Positions 26,970 through 40,439 of a stretch of 64,000 nt of DNA are shown one piece after another. The stretch covers positions 190,464,001 through 190,528,000 of the forward strand of contig OZ024740.1 in NCBI GenBank assembly GCA_964016885.1. The letters are read 5' to 3'. The translations under genes and the position numbers were made by a program. Origin of the DNA: Eledone cirrhosa. Lineage: Eukaryota. The notes under the pieces are model-generated. The model saw only the letters and a program-made list of their open reading frames with translations, did not search any database and had not been told where the DNA came from. Positions within the stretch are counted from its first letter, which is position 1; each line of letters opens with the position of its first letter.

Positions 26970-29900
26970 ACCCCGTGACCAAGAATTACCGGGATGGCGG
27001 CCGGCGGGGAATAGCCGTGTCTCTAGGGGAGAACGACCCCTCTAGACTTGGTTGACACTCGTTCTAGAAGTGGTAACACGAAATGATTACCCCTTGGCGA
27101 ATAAGGATAAAACGCGACAAATTAAAGTAAATGTCTAATGATAAAATCTCATACCGGATCGGCCGTCACCCGGGTAAAAAAGGGGCGCGTCTCTCTGAGA
27201 GGAACCAGACTGGGGTGGAAAAATCAGCTAATGGTTCAAACCTTCCCATCACTTCGGATCTGGAGACCTCCCATAACCGGAATACTCCTACTGTTGGCCC
27301 TCCATGCTCACCACCAAGAAATACAAAGAAAAATAGAGAAAAATGGTCAAGGAAAGATAATAAAGAAGTCCTTGAGGCATTCTACACTGCATCGAATACA
27401 GAACAGATATATATCAACTGGAAAAAGAAACATCCCGAAAACAGAGGCTATATTGACAGTAACAAACTAGCCAATATAAGAATAAATATTGTAAGAAAAA
27501 AGTTACTAACTGATATAGAAATTGATCAGATCAAGCTAGTAGCACAAAGTCAGCGAAGGGAAAATGAAGCATGTGTCAGTGAAAACGAGGTAAACTGTAA
27601 CACTTCGAATCCCAGGGTTGGGGCGGAATTACTGGCAACAAAACAAATTAAAGAAAGGATCGAAACAGTGGAGGGAGTGCATGCTCAGGATGAAATTCCA
27701 AATGAAAATAATGATATCGTAAATGATAAAGAAATGAATGAGAATAAACTTGCCCACTTGAAGGATGAAATTATGATCGAATGCATGAAAATGAAAGAAT
27801 CTGACATGGGGCAACGAGACACCCTCCCTAAGATCCAGAACTCCGAACAGAACCAAAAGATAGTACACAAGACTAACATAATTCTCAAAAAAAAAATCAT
27901 CACAAACAAACTAAACATTACTGATTTAAATCATCTCTATTATGCATCGGCTAGAGTCACCACTCACTTATGTGGAGTGAAGATGAAAAAACAAAGGAAT
28001 TCCCACAAGAAATCTACTTGGCAACAGAACATCAATCGCCAAATAAACCTTCTCCGATCTGACATAGAAATTTTAACAAACTATAAAGTAGCTGAACATG
28101 TTAAACAAACTAAACTTAGAAAATTGAAAAACACGTACAGTATAAAATCAACATGTGACATAGACATGCTGATAGAAATAATCAAGCAAAAAGTGTCGGC
28201 CAAAGCTGCTCGTATAAGGCGCTTTGAAAAACGATCTAGATTCTATAAGGAAAATAATATGTTCAAAAACAACCAAAGAAACTTCTACAGAACAATTGGT
28301 AAGTCAACAATAACTGCTAAATCAATACGAGCCAAGGAGGAAGTGCAAGAATTCTGGGAAAAAATCTGGGCCGAAGAAAAAGTTCATAACATACATGCCC
28401 CATGGATAGACAGACAAATGAAAGATACAGCTCACCTTGAGGAACAAATATGGGAAAATATAACAGTTGAACAGTTGCGCTTGGCTCTAAGAAAAACTAG
28501 CAAATGGAAATCCCCAGGAAAAGACAAAATACAAAACCTTTCGATAAATGCCTTCACAGAGTCTCATGAGCTGTTAGTCCAACTTTACAATGAAATAGTT
28601 AAGGAGCCAGAAAAGATACCATCATGGCTAATTAACGGCATTACATTCCTGCTTCCGAAGAATGATGAGACAAACAATCCCAAAAATTACAGACCGATAA
28701 CTTGCTTGACCACAATGTATAAAATCTTAACATCAGTCCTAACTGAATACACATATGACCACCTGATAACAAATGACCTATTTCCCATTGAGCAGAAAGG
28801 GTGTAAACGAGGCTCATATGGCTGTAAGGATCAGATTTTGGTTAACAAAATGATACTGGAAGATTGTCATAATAGACACAACAATCTATCGATTGCTTGG
28901 ATAGATTATAAAAAAGCATTCGATAGTTTGCCACACAGTTGGATTGAAAAATGTTTAGAGATTTTCAAAATATCCCCCGTTGTCAGGAGGTTTTTGTCAT
29001 TCAGTACGAAGACATGGAAAACGACACTCCTTTTGAATAGTGAAACAAAATCACTGGAAGCTGGAGAAGATAATATTAATTGTGGAATTTTTCAGGGTGA
29101 CTCTTTATCACCGCTTTTATTCTGCATCGCACTTATACCATTAAGTAAAATGCTCAATGAGACAAAACATGGATATAAATATATGACAAAACCATTAATC
29201 ACCTGTTCTACATGGATGACCTGAAACTATTTGCAAAAAATGATGAACAATTGCAAGGGCTATTATCCACTGTGGAGCTTTTCAGTGATGACATTAAAAT
29301 GGAGTTTGGACTAGATAAATGCGCCAAAGCAACGATCACCAGAGGAAAGCTGCAGAATTCATTAATCTTGATCGGGGGAACGTGATAAGAGAACTTGATC
29401 AAGAAAACACTTACAAATATCTAGGTCTTTGTGAAGGAGACGGAATCAAGCACTCGACAATGAGGGAAAGGATAAGGAAGGAATGTTACCGCAGAGTAAG
29501 AGCAGTCTTAAGAACGGAATGGAATGCAAGGAATAGGATCGATGCCATAAACACGCTTGCCATACCAGTAGTAACCTACAGTTACAATGTCATCAACTGG
29601 TCAAGCACAGAGATCCGTAGGCTCGATACAAACATTCGAAAATTCTTAACCATGCACAGAATGCATCAGCCTAAGGCAGATATAGATAGAATATATCGCC
29701 CTAGGAAAGAAGGAGGACGTGGGTTAAACCAGTTAGACATTGCGTTGAAAACTGCAACAATTGGATTATCTACATATCTAAGGGAATCACACGATTGGAT
29801 GATCAAACTCGTTTTGAAACACGAAAGCATCAAAATATCATATTCCATTACAAAAGATGCACAAAGATACAGTAATGGACTACACATATCAGAAGTCCGA

Positions 29901-30912
29901 TTTACTGCTGAAATGGAAAACACAGAAAAAGCAAAGCAGGTAAAAGTAACTGCAAAGAAAGAACTGCTACATAAACTGGCTAAGAAATAGCAAGAACAGC
30001 CTCTGTATGGAAAATACCCAGAGCGATCTAACAATCCTGATGTTGACAAAACTTTAACCCATCAGTGGTTGGCATCCTCTGGACTGAAATCGGAGACTGA
30101 AGGACTGATTATATCAGCACAAGATCAGTGTCTGCCAACAAAAAATTACCAACCAACATAATAAAAAATGGATGCAGCCCATTATGCCGTGTATGCAAAA
30201 AACAACCAGAGACCATTGACCATATAATTTCAATGTGCTGTCCTATAGCTCCAACCGAATACCTAAACAGGCATGACAGAGCTGCACAATACATACATTG
30301 TATAATGTGTAAGCATTTTGACCTGCCCCATCAAAAGAATTGGTGGGAGCATCAACCACCTCCCATACTTGAAAAATATCACATCTCAATCTTGTGGAAC
30401 TTTAGCATCCAAACAGACCGAAAAATAGATGCAAATAGACATGATAAAATATTGAAGGACTTTCAAAGGAGGGTATGCCTGCTAATTGATATGTCTGTTC
30501 CAATAGACAAGAATGTATCTATAAAAATATTTGAAAAATTGACCAAGTATAAGGACCTGGAGATAGAAATTGGAAAAATGTGGAAATTGAGAACTAAAAC
30601 AATACCAGTGGTTGTAGGCGCTCTGTGAATGATACCTAAGGGGTCTAATGATTACTTACCGCAAATCCCAGGAAACCCGCGTATAGGAGAAATACAAAAG
30701 ATAGTACTAATGGGAACTGCCCATATACTAAGGAAGATTCTGTCAATATAAGTACATCACAAGTCTAAACACTAAAGATGCATGTGTGAATATGTATGTT
30801 CTTTCTTGAACATGACGGACCTTGTTGTCTCTTGAGGTCACTGGTTGTGACTTGGTGATAACTCGTATGAACATAAAGCAAGATAAATGCAACTGTAATA
30901 AAAATAATAATA
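26970..30912 (+). mobile_element. Second R4/Dong-like family, near full length; ORF 27131-30751 broken by frameshifts and stops
   Basis: 697-aa ORF with KSPG.D, NYRPITCL, WIDYKKAFDS, GIFQGDSLSPLLF, then YMDD, CRVC..ETIDHII..C, RHD, K..KY.DL. Short (TAA)n tail. Confidence 0.92.
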
Positions 30913-31875
30913 GTGACTGACAGTAGGGAGTCAATGCTGAAAATTGTACTGAAGCAGAAGACAATAGACCAGGGGATGTCCAATAAGGAAATAAAAACAA
31001 GGAGGAAGTGCAACCTTCATGAACATTCCTTCATAGCTCCTTCTTTAGGAAAACTGAATTTAGAGCTCCACCGACATGGAACTGGTTAGAAAGAGGAGAC
31101 TTTAAAAAGGTACAGAAGGCATTATAATGTCTGCGCAAGAGCAAGCCCCCATAACGAGGTGGGTGAAACACCATATTGACAAGGAGGAGGCTAGCTCACT
31201 GGGTAGGATCTGTGGAGAGAGAGATGAGACTGTAGCTCACATTGTATCCGCGTGTAAACACCTAGCCAATACTCACTATAAAGGATGGAGACATGATGTG
31301 ATAGGTAGGGTGTTCCACTGGCATCTATGCAAAGTAAATAATTTACCACATTCTGAGAAGTGGTATGAGCATAATCCAGAGTCGGTGATAGAAAACGGTC
31401 AGGTGAAAGTGTTATGGGATTTTAGGATACAGACGGATAAGAAATTAGAACACCTGGTGGTTTTTGACAACGAAAAAATATCGTACTTGATTGTAGATGT
31501 AGCCTGATTATTTGACACGAGAATGCAAGAAAAGGAGAAGGAGAAAATTAACCGATACCAGGATTTAAAGTGGGAGGTAAAAAGGATTTAGAACTGCCAT
31601 GAAATCAAGGTCGTCCTGATTGTCCTAGGTGCATTAGGTACTATCTCAAAGAGATTCCAAGGATTGTTAAAGAAGATTAGTCCAGCCCCGCTTTTTGGAA
31701 CACTTCAAAAGGCATGCTTGCTGGGAACAGCAAGAACCCTCCGATACGTCCTGAATATCTGAGGCTGCAGGTAGCGGCTTGATATTCATTTCAACAAACT
31801 TTCCAGTTAATTAACATCAATGATTGAGACCCAAAGAACAATAATAGCAATAATAATAATAATAATAAAAATAAT
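30913..31875 (+). mobile_element. 5'-truncated copy of the 12823-16450 R4/Dong family
   Basis: Matches the reverse complement of 12850-13790, including the 3' UTR. Ends in (TAA)n. Confidence 0.9.
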
Positions 31876-32537
31876 GAGTACATCGCCATTCCCATTTAAG
31901 GGAAGCAAAACAAATACGTTGCCGCAAGAAATATTTCATGTAATATATATATATTCATATAATCCCGAAGTATTCATTTCTGAAAATAGTTAAGCTGGTA
32001 AAAATCACTTGATTTTACTACACTATTACTCTCTATATGTATATAACAATAAAGCTAGATATGTGTTGTTGAATCCTATTTAATGACAAAGATGATTCAG
32101 ACTTTATCGTCTGTGCAAAAGAAAATTTGACAGTCAAAGCACTTATATTCATCAATGTCGCATTTATATGAAATTTGTGTTTATTTGATTGAAATAAAGT
32201 TCAAGAATAGGAAAATTATCCCCCACACTCTATGCACACGTTTCTGACTATATAATAACTTATTTACGTCTCTCTCTATATATATATTTCTCTCTCTCTC
32301 TCTCTATATATATATATCCCTCTCTCTCCTTCTCTTTGTCTTTCTCTCTCTCCATTTCTCTCCCTCTCTCCCTTTCTCTCTCTCTCTCTATTCCTATCTA
32401 TCACTCTATCTCTCTCATTATATATATATATATATAATATGATATATTAGAATATCATAAAAAAGATGCCATACATGTAACAAGAAATAAACGCTTGCTT
32501 CCTTTAAACGTAATGTCCAGGTTCCTCGATTTCATAC

Positions 32538-32655
32538 CTACTGTGCAATTCTGTTCGTTCTTCTAAATAGACGATAGTCTCTTCTTCAGTAGAAGTACGT
32601 GCCTGTGAAGACAAGCGCCTTCGAACCATTGAACACCTTGTGAATGATTGAGCTT
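32538..32655 (-). CDS. Candidate internal host exon (118 bp), product unknown
   Basis: Acceptor tttaacag, donor AG|gtatga, open frame AQSFTRCSMVRRRLSSQARTSTEEETIVYLEERTELHS in otherwise unique sequence. Confidence 0.3.
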
Positions 32656-33431
32656 CTGTTAAATGTTAAGCAGAGTTTTACTTATGTAAATGCAGTTGCG
32701 GAAATAGCCTCGATGAATTAAATTGTTTTAATAATTTCGTACATATTGGATGACCGATATCACTTCTTATGTATTTATGTTGCATGCTGCTTATATGTGG
32801 CATATGGAATATGTAATCAAACCATTATGAAATTCTCACGTTAAATAATTCAAAGAAATAATTTCTCATTATGAGCATGCCCCTTCTTCAGTGATAGATA
32901 TCCCATGCGCATATAAAACTACATTACGCAATGCAATAGTTTACAAGCTTATTTTGTCGAAAAGGCCTTGTAACATTTTACGAATATAACCCAAAACATA
33001 CATACATTTTACGCGCAATACCCACTTGACTGAAACGTATTTCTTTAAATATAGCACAGTAACTCATAATTAAAAAAGAAAACCGTGAACATATTTTTAT
33101 TAAACTTTTTTAAATAGGTTTTTTGTGTTTGTAACGTACTTTCGGGGTTACATGATCTAATATTTGTTTTCTCCTTATATAGGATGTGGCAACATTGTAT
33201 ATAGCTTAGATTAAAACGTATAGTAAGTACGAGAGTACGCGCTAAATGAAAGAACAATTATACATATATAATAATTGTAGTGTAGTCATACTTTTTTTCT
33301 TTTTCTCGAAGCAAATATTTCCTATGATATGTAAACACAAGGAGCTGATATGGTATGTGATTATTTTTGTTTCCTCTAACGTATTATTGTCCCAGGAAAT
33401 TGTGAATCTCCATAGTAAGAAAGCAAACGCA

Positions 33432-33646
<215 letters not shown>

Positions 33647-33889
33647 GAGGAATAGTAATTGAAAATGCAAATGGTGACTTTTCGGAATATCTATTTAATT
33701 ACTTCACCGGTTTCACAGTTCTGATGCTTTTCAGAAATAAAATTGAGATGGAGGGTTTATGTTCCTTATGTGGTTTGTCTCGCATCTTAAATGACTCCAG
33801 TTCCATTTTTAAGTTCTTTTTTTTTCACTTCCACCAGTTTAGGACATCTCGTTTTTTTTTCTTTAAAAAAACAAACATATTTTTATATG

Positions 33890-34068
33890 TATCATCCTCA
33901 TCATCATTATCATCATCATCGGTTAACATCCATCTTGCACGCTAGCATGGGTTAGACGGTTTTGTTCCATTCGTTGCGGGAAAGGTTGGGAGACCGTGTC
34001 TCGCTCGTACGGAGGTGTTTCTGGCAGGTATTTTTTACACATAGATGCCCTTCTTAACACCAACCGTG
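33890..34068 (-). mobile_element. SINE 3' fragment with (GAT)n tail
   Basis: Similar to the tails at 44000-44110 and 58135-58250 (catc..cttgca....gggt..gacgg...gatgcccttc). Confidence 0.55.
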
Positions 34069-35749
34069 TATATATACATATATATATATACAGAGAGAGT
34101 GGGAGAGAGAAAGAAAGAGAGAGATACAATGCATTCTCATATTAGAGCGAGTAACCATCATTATGATTTTTGTTCCACTGAGCGACTAATTTGTCAGGCC
34201 TTCTATCACAAACACGCATCTAACCAGAATATTTGTAAAAGCATTTGACGGTGATGCAACCAAGTGCGCCAAATGATCGAATTGGTTTAGCTAATTATAC
34301 GAATATATATTTAAATAGTTATATTATTAGATGTAGTTAACTAATGCAATATTAAGTTAATTAATGCAATATTACTTGATTTATGATAATCATTTTAATT
34401 ACATTTCACACAAAATATAACGAAATAGGTCAACTGCCACATATTACATAATCACAGAATCGAAAACACGGCTTCCATTGTTGCTACTAGCTAATTAGAA
34501 TGACCAGCGCAATGATGGTGTTATGGAATACGATTTATTAATATAACGTTTGCCTTCCGACACGTGCTCATTTCAAACTATATATTTCAGTTTCAATGTT
34601 TACTCTAAAGTATAATTAAAAGTATGGAATTTCAAAAACACAAGTGTTGAACTGTATATAATTGAATGCAAACTATATTGTCTCCTAAAAGCAGAGTCAT
34701 ATTTAACACATTCCATATATTTAAATTTTAATACTAATCTTTATCGAAATGAGCCACTATCTGAAACATATCAAACATTTCAGAGAATCTTTGACAATCC
34801 TAATTTGTGAAGCATAAAGTACGAGAGAAAATGAAATTGGAAATACTATATTGGATCGTAAATAAATTTAAGATATTATAAACAAAATTAATGTGATAAA
34901 AGTGTGTTATACAGAAATAATTCTGATAAATTTAACATGAAAATGATATTGAAAAATGTCAACTGAAATAGTTATGATATAAAGTTTTGAGAATGTGTAC
35001 TTTTTTTAACGAAAGAGATGCGCCAAATTGAAAATGAAAGTAATGAAAGACAAAAGCAATACGAAGCCGCATATCTTTGAGTTAATTATTTGAAGGTAAC
35101 CTGATATATACTCTACAGAAGAAAACATGTGAAAACTGAATAAATAATCGAAACTGAATAAATAAATCGAAATTGGTGATGAGTTCAGTAGATTCCATAA
35201 AAATAAGTACAAGAGTGAAAAAAATCAGAAATGACAATATGTTTTGTTTCAATATTCCATTTATGTTATTTACCACATTTGTTTTTATAGGGGTTTACTT
35301 ATTTTCTACATCAACCAGCTGTGTTATATATTAAAGAAAAGTTTATATGAAAACGTGTTAATGTTTCCATGTCAGAAGCATCGTTTCATAAAAGAAAACA
35401 ATGATAATATAAAGAACATAGAATATGTCTATAATGCCGAACGTTGAGAAGACAAGCAGTATTGAAATGTTATTTAAGGAAGTTTAAACACATACAAGAG
35501 AAATATTGGAATAGTTGTTGATACAATAACCTAGGATATGAATGATTGGAACGCAAATCACAAAAAGATTGTGTATAAACATAAAAGACAAATATTGCCC
35601 TAGATAATATATAAGCTAAGAATGCATGTACTTAATGATATTAAAATGATAACATGCAGTCAAATGCTTTATTATATTTGGAAAAACACATTCAGATGTA
35701 CTAGATGATTACCTTCAATGTTGATACAATTGAAACAATAGATAACAAT

Positions 35750-36190
35750 AGCCTGCGCATCGGCGTTTCCTTGCCATTTCGAGCCAGGGTGACTGGACCG
35801 AGGGGACGGCAAAAGGCCAGATGGCATGACCATCTTCCCGTTGCGCGCTGGCAAACCCCTCGTCTGGGATGCCACTTTCACCGACACTTTCTGCAGCCGA
35901 AACATGGTGCAGTCTGCGACTAACCCAGTTTCTGCTGCACGTCGGGCTGAGGAGGCCAAGCTCTTCAAGTACAGATACCTCTCCGACAGGTTTGCGATTG
36001 TACACTTGGCAGTGGAAACTTCTGGTGTCTTCGGCCCTAGGGATATTTCCCTACTCACCACCATAGGCGCTGAGCTGGCCAGCCGCAGGTGTGAGCCCCG
36101 TAATTTGGATTGGCTTTTCCGGTGCGTCTCCCTTGCCAACTTCCGGGGAAACAGCTTTTCTATTCTGACTGCCGGGGCTGTGGGCAGGCC
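35750..36190 (+). mobile_element. CRE-like non-LTR retrotransposon 3' fragment (RLE domain)
   Basis: RPDGMT..P...GKPLVWDAT..DT, K..KY, AVETSGVFG, SLA..RGN. A GC-rich island in AT-rich DNA. Confidence 0.75.
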
Positions 36191-36418
36191 ACCAATATGT
36201 TTGACTGACTTGTCATTTCATCAGTCAGATTAAAAAAACTAGTTATAAGAATCCCGAAATAAAACACCTGTGTTTTTGTGTTTTCTAATGGAAACAATTA
36301 AGTCTCAATGACCATAAAATTAAATACCTACAGTAGTTTTAAGTTCACACACAAACACACAGACACATAAACACACGTACTTACACACATACACGTACGC
36401 GCGTGCACACACGTATAA

Positions 36419-36449
<31 letters not shown>

Positions 36450-39400
36450 CATATATAGAGAAATGTATATCTATATATATATATGTATATTTATATATAT
36501 ATATATACAGTATATAGCTCTTCAGTACATTTGTTAAATAGTCCTCTGCGGGGGAGTAAAGAATTTGGTTGAATCGGTCTGCTAGTTTACCATCATTGCA
36601 CTTGCCATTGTCAACATACCTCCGCCCTCCTGTAGGACGGTAATCACGTGATAATTATCCAGTTTGAATTTAATCACTAATATCGGACAATTCAGTAAAA
36701 ATTCTTTCTACATTGAAAATGTACCCTTATAATGTGAGACTTTCAGAGCTCTGGCAGACTTTGCTCAATGAAACTGCAGTAGGGACACTGAGTAAATAGG
36801 TAAATATACCTTTATCTAATTTACGTTTCTCAAATAATATATATATATATATATATATATTTTCTTTTTTTAAGTAAAGGTGTAATGATATTAGATGTTC
36901 ATATGGCGATGTTGTTCAGCCTCCGCTTTATCCAACATTATACTTAACATTAGATAACACTAAATCAAATATGCTTGCAAAATATATTGTCAGAAAAGTA
37001 GCGCATATGCTAACAAACAGCATATCATTTTAATTTTGTGAATTGTAACACCTGCTTTATAAAGTATGTAAAATGCTGATTAGGAAATAACATTTAACAC
37101 TTTAATTTGTTTCATGTCCCTTCTATAAAATGTGTGTGCAACTATAGAGACGAAAGTAAATATTTTAGTCATCTCATTACAATTATATCAGCCGTTCTAA
37201 TTTATATAGAGAATAAGTCAATAGGAAAATTTAGAAAATGGAGGATTCCTTCAAGACGGGAAAGCACATTCAATATAATGAAAAGTGATTCTTAATTTAT
37301 TTTTTTGGCTGCCTGAAACGCAATGATATCGTTAAAATGTCGAAGGTTGTAAGTATATAAAAAAAAAATAAAAAACACGAAGAGAATAAACAACACGTCG
37401 GAATAGCTCTTCGTAATAACATTTCTAAATAATCGTATTTCTAGGGTAATGTCTCAAGGAGGCATTTATATCCATCTATTGTTTAACTGTGTTTTATGAT
37501 GAAAGACAACTAAATAATAGATCGACAGATTGAAATTACGTCCAGACTAAGTTTGTAATTACGTGTCAACGAATCAATAAGTTCCTACAGGTTTGATACG
37601 ACTTGCTAAGTTAAAAATATTTAGAAAATTAAGTAAACCGTATTTCCTTCTAAACTAGATAGATATGTATCATATACATTTGTTTTTAAGTTAATGGAAC
37701 AATACATTGAAAATGCTATAATAGCTCATATTTCAAATATTTCAACATTTTTTCACAATCAATATTAAGCAAGTATGTTATATCAGTGTACTTGATAATA
37801 TATAAGAATATGGAATACTTGTCGGGAATTGTGATAATATATACATTATATCTAACAAGATATATTATAACCTTCAATTTCTATTAAAAAGAACATTCTT
37901 ACACATCTTGTTACCTGATTATTTAGTCATATATGCATGGTCCCGTAAGGCATGATAGAATCCTATGGTCGCCGTATCGACATGCGATGTTTCAAGTGAT
38001 TCAAATTCATATGAGGACTTTTGATTTGTGTTTGTCACATAATGCTACTGGTAAAGCAATACAGGTTTTGGTGTATTTCAACTTTAGAACGTTAGATATT
38101 CTAGTCAAATCCTTCTATATTTGGCTCAAAAAGTATTTCCTGCTATGCATCGGTGCATTTCGTCTGAAATGAGATGGGTCTAAGTTTGATTGATTTAGTG
38201 CGTATTTTCAAATGAATGCTTTTAACTTTCATGAAACGTACTACAACTATTTTACAAATAGATGTCTAAGATATATTTTGATTTGGCACTCTCAGAAAAA
38301 AGTTACACTGGAGTGGACGTAATCTAAGTGTAAATAAGAGGAATATGTGGTAAAACATGACTATCAAAATATAGAATATATCTATTAATATGGCACTTGG
38401 CGATAATGTTTTGTTTAATTTCGGTGTGGTATTTCTAAATATATTTTGCTTCATAAGCTACTGTTCCAGTATATTTACAGATTTTGCATTTGACAATGCA
38501 GACTAACATACCTTTACACATTTTTTTTTTTTTTGTAGACATTAGCTAATATATACAACGTTTTCAATGAAATAACTTTCCACAATTTTTACTGGAACGT
38601 TCTGTTTCGATATAATTAAACATTGATGTGTAAATTCATCCTTACAGATTTTAGGGTGGCTAAAAATGGTAGCAAATATAGTGATTTAGTGAGTAACAGC
38701 GTTAATTTCGTATCACATTTGTCAAATTAAATTAACATGAGATAAATCCCATTTCGTTGCTTTTAATCGTCGAATATACATATGATATATGAATAAAATA
38801 GATTATGTTTTACACATGTGAAGCATGTATTCTTCAGATACATAATAAGTTAATATATAGTATCATATAAAAGTAGTTTTAATTTGAGCGGTCATTATAC
38901 AGGTACATTATTTAAGACTAGATGCCATATAGAAAACTTAGACATAATAAATTAACTTATATGTGTTTGTTTGTTTTTTTTAATTATTATATCAGTTGGA
39001 TCCAGATGCACTAATTACAATTATCTTGATATATTCCATTAATTCAATCATTCTTTGTATGCAATTGTTTTCCTGATAGGAATTTCCGCTAGATTGACTT
39101 GATTGTGGGAATTATCTAATCTAAATTTAACATCAGCTTATTTCCTAGACCACGGTTATGAAACGTGTAAGTGATCTTGGTTAAATATTTGGTGTTTCGG
39201 TCTGTGATTTGTTAATTAGCATAGAATGAGTTAATGTAAGTGACACCTTGTGTCTTGGAAGATAGTTCAGATTAGAGGTTGAGAGATAATTTCAGTAAAG
39301 CGTGTACGTAAAAATAATTGACTATTAAAAGTAAAATAAATATTTCTTGAAAGTGGCAGAATTTGACCCTCCCCTAACTATCACCTTTACCGCTTACTAC

Positions 39401-39459
39401 ATTAACCAATATCATTCTGCACCTGTCATTCCTATCATTGGAAGGCTAGGATCTTTGAT

Positions 39460-39880
39460 AGTTGGTTGTGTTATATGGGCTTGAGTGTGTTAATTGGACG
39501 ACAAGGTCACTTCAGAATCTATCTACTTTCCAGAACCACATCATGACACTTATGAATGGCAAGCGACTCAGGGCCGTATCTGTATCAGTAAGTTGCACAA
39601 CATTACCAAACGTAGACCAATTACATCAATTGTCAAGTCAAGAGTACTCAAACTTTACGGCCATATAAAAAGATCAACTCGTGGTATGAGTAGGTTATAC
39701 CTGGAAGGAAGGTTGGCGGGTAAGAAAAGTAGAGGCCGGTATCCAAAACGATGGCTTGACAATGTCAGCTTATGGAATGGACTTAATATTTGCTTTGTGA
39801 ACCCTGGTGATCGAACTTCGTGGAGAGAGCTGTCACAGGTTAATGCGCAGTCTGCAAATGGAGGAAATTAGTGTCAAACG
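39460..39880 (+). mobile_element. RTE-like LINE 3' fragment
   Basis: VLYGLE..W, LKLYGHIKR, LEG...GK.SRGR.PKRWLD (post-RT region). Confidence 0.7.
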
Positions 39881-40439
39881 AACGACCATCCCCACCTCTC
39901 AGTATATCCCATGTGTGTGTGTGTGTATGCATTTGATTACATTTATCTTTAAGTATTGTTCCCTTAATTTTTCTATGCATATTTGCCTCTTTCTCAAAAC
40001 ATCTCATATATTTACTAAATTCCCCCACCCTTGACATATAGTTTCCCTTGTGCACCCGCCACATAAATTATCTTCACTTTCGAAATTCTCTTTCCCAAAT
40101 ATCCTATCAATTTATTTTCTCTATCACACTCTCCCTCCCAGCAATCTGCTTTCTCTCTCTCACTTATACTCTCCTTTCGGTCACATCTCGTATGCTAAAG
40201 TATCTTATTATTATGAGTTATTCACGTTATTCTAAACAATGTATAAAGACTCTCTTAAAAAAAAAACACAAAAAACAGTGACAACTATCACTTTCTGTAT
40301 CCTTAAATTAAGTATAGCCACAATCATTAAATGCATTTACTGATTTGAATATTTCACGATCTCGTGGCAGGTAGTACAATTAACAGCGAGTAAATTATAT
40401 AATATTAGAATCACAATTTAGAATAGCTAGATCTAAACT

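Noticed and set aside
26970-27130. HDV-like ribozyme at the 5' end of the R4-like elements (GGCGAAT here, GCCAAT near 16355)
   Set aside because: I could not build a consistent P1/P1.1/P2/P3 double pseudoknot by eye. It needs an RNArobo or Infernal search.
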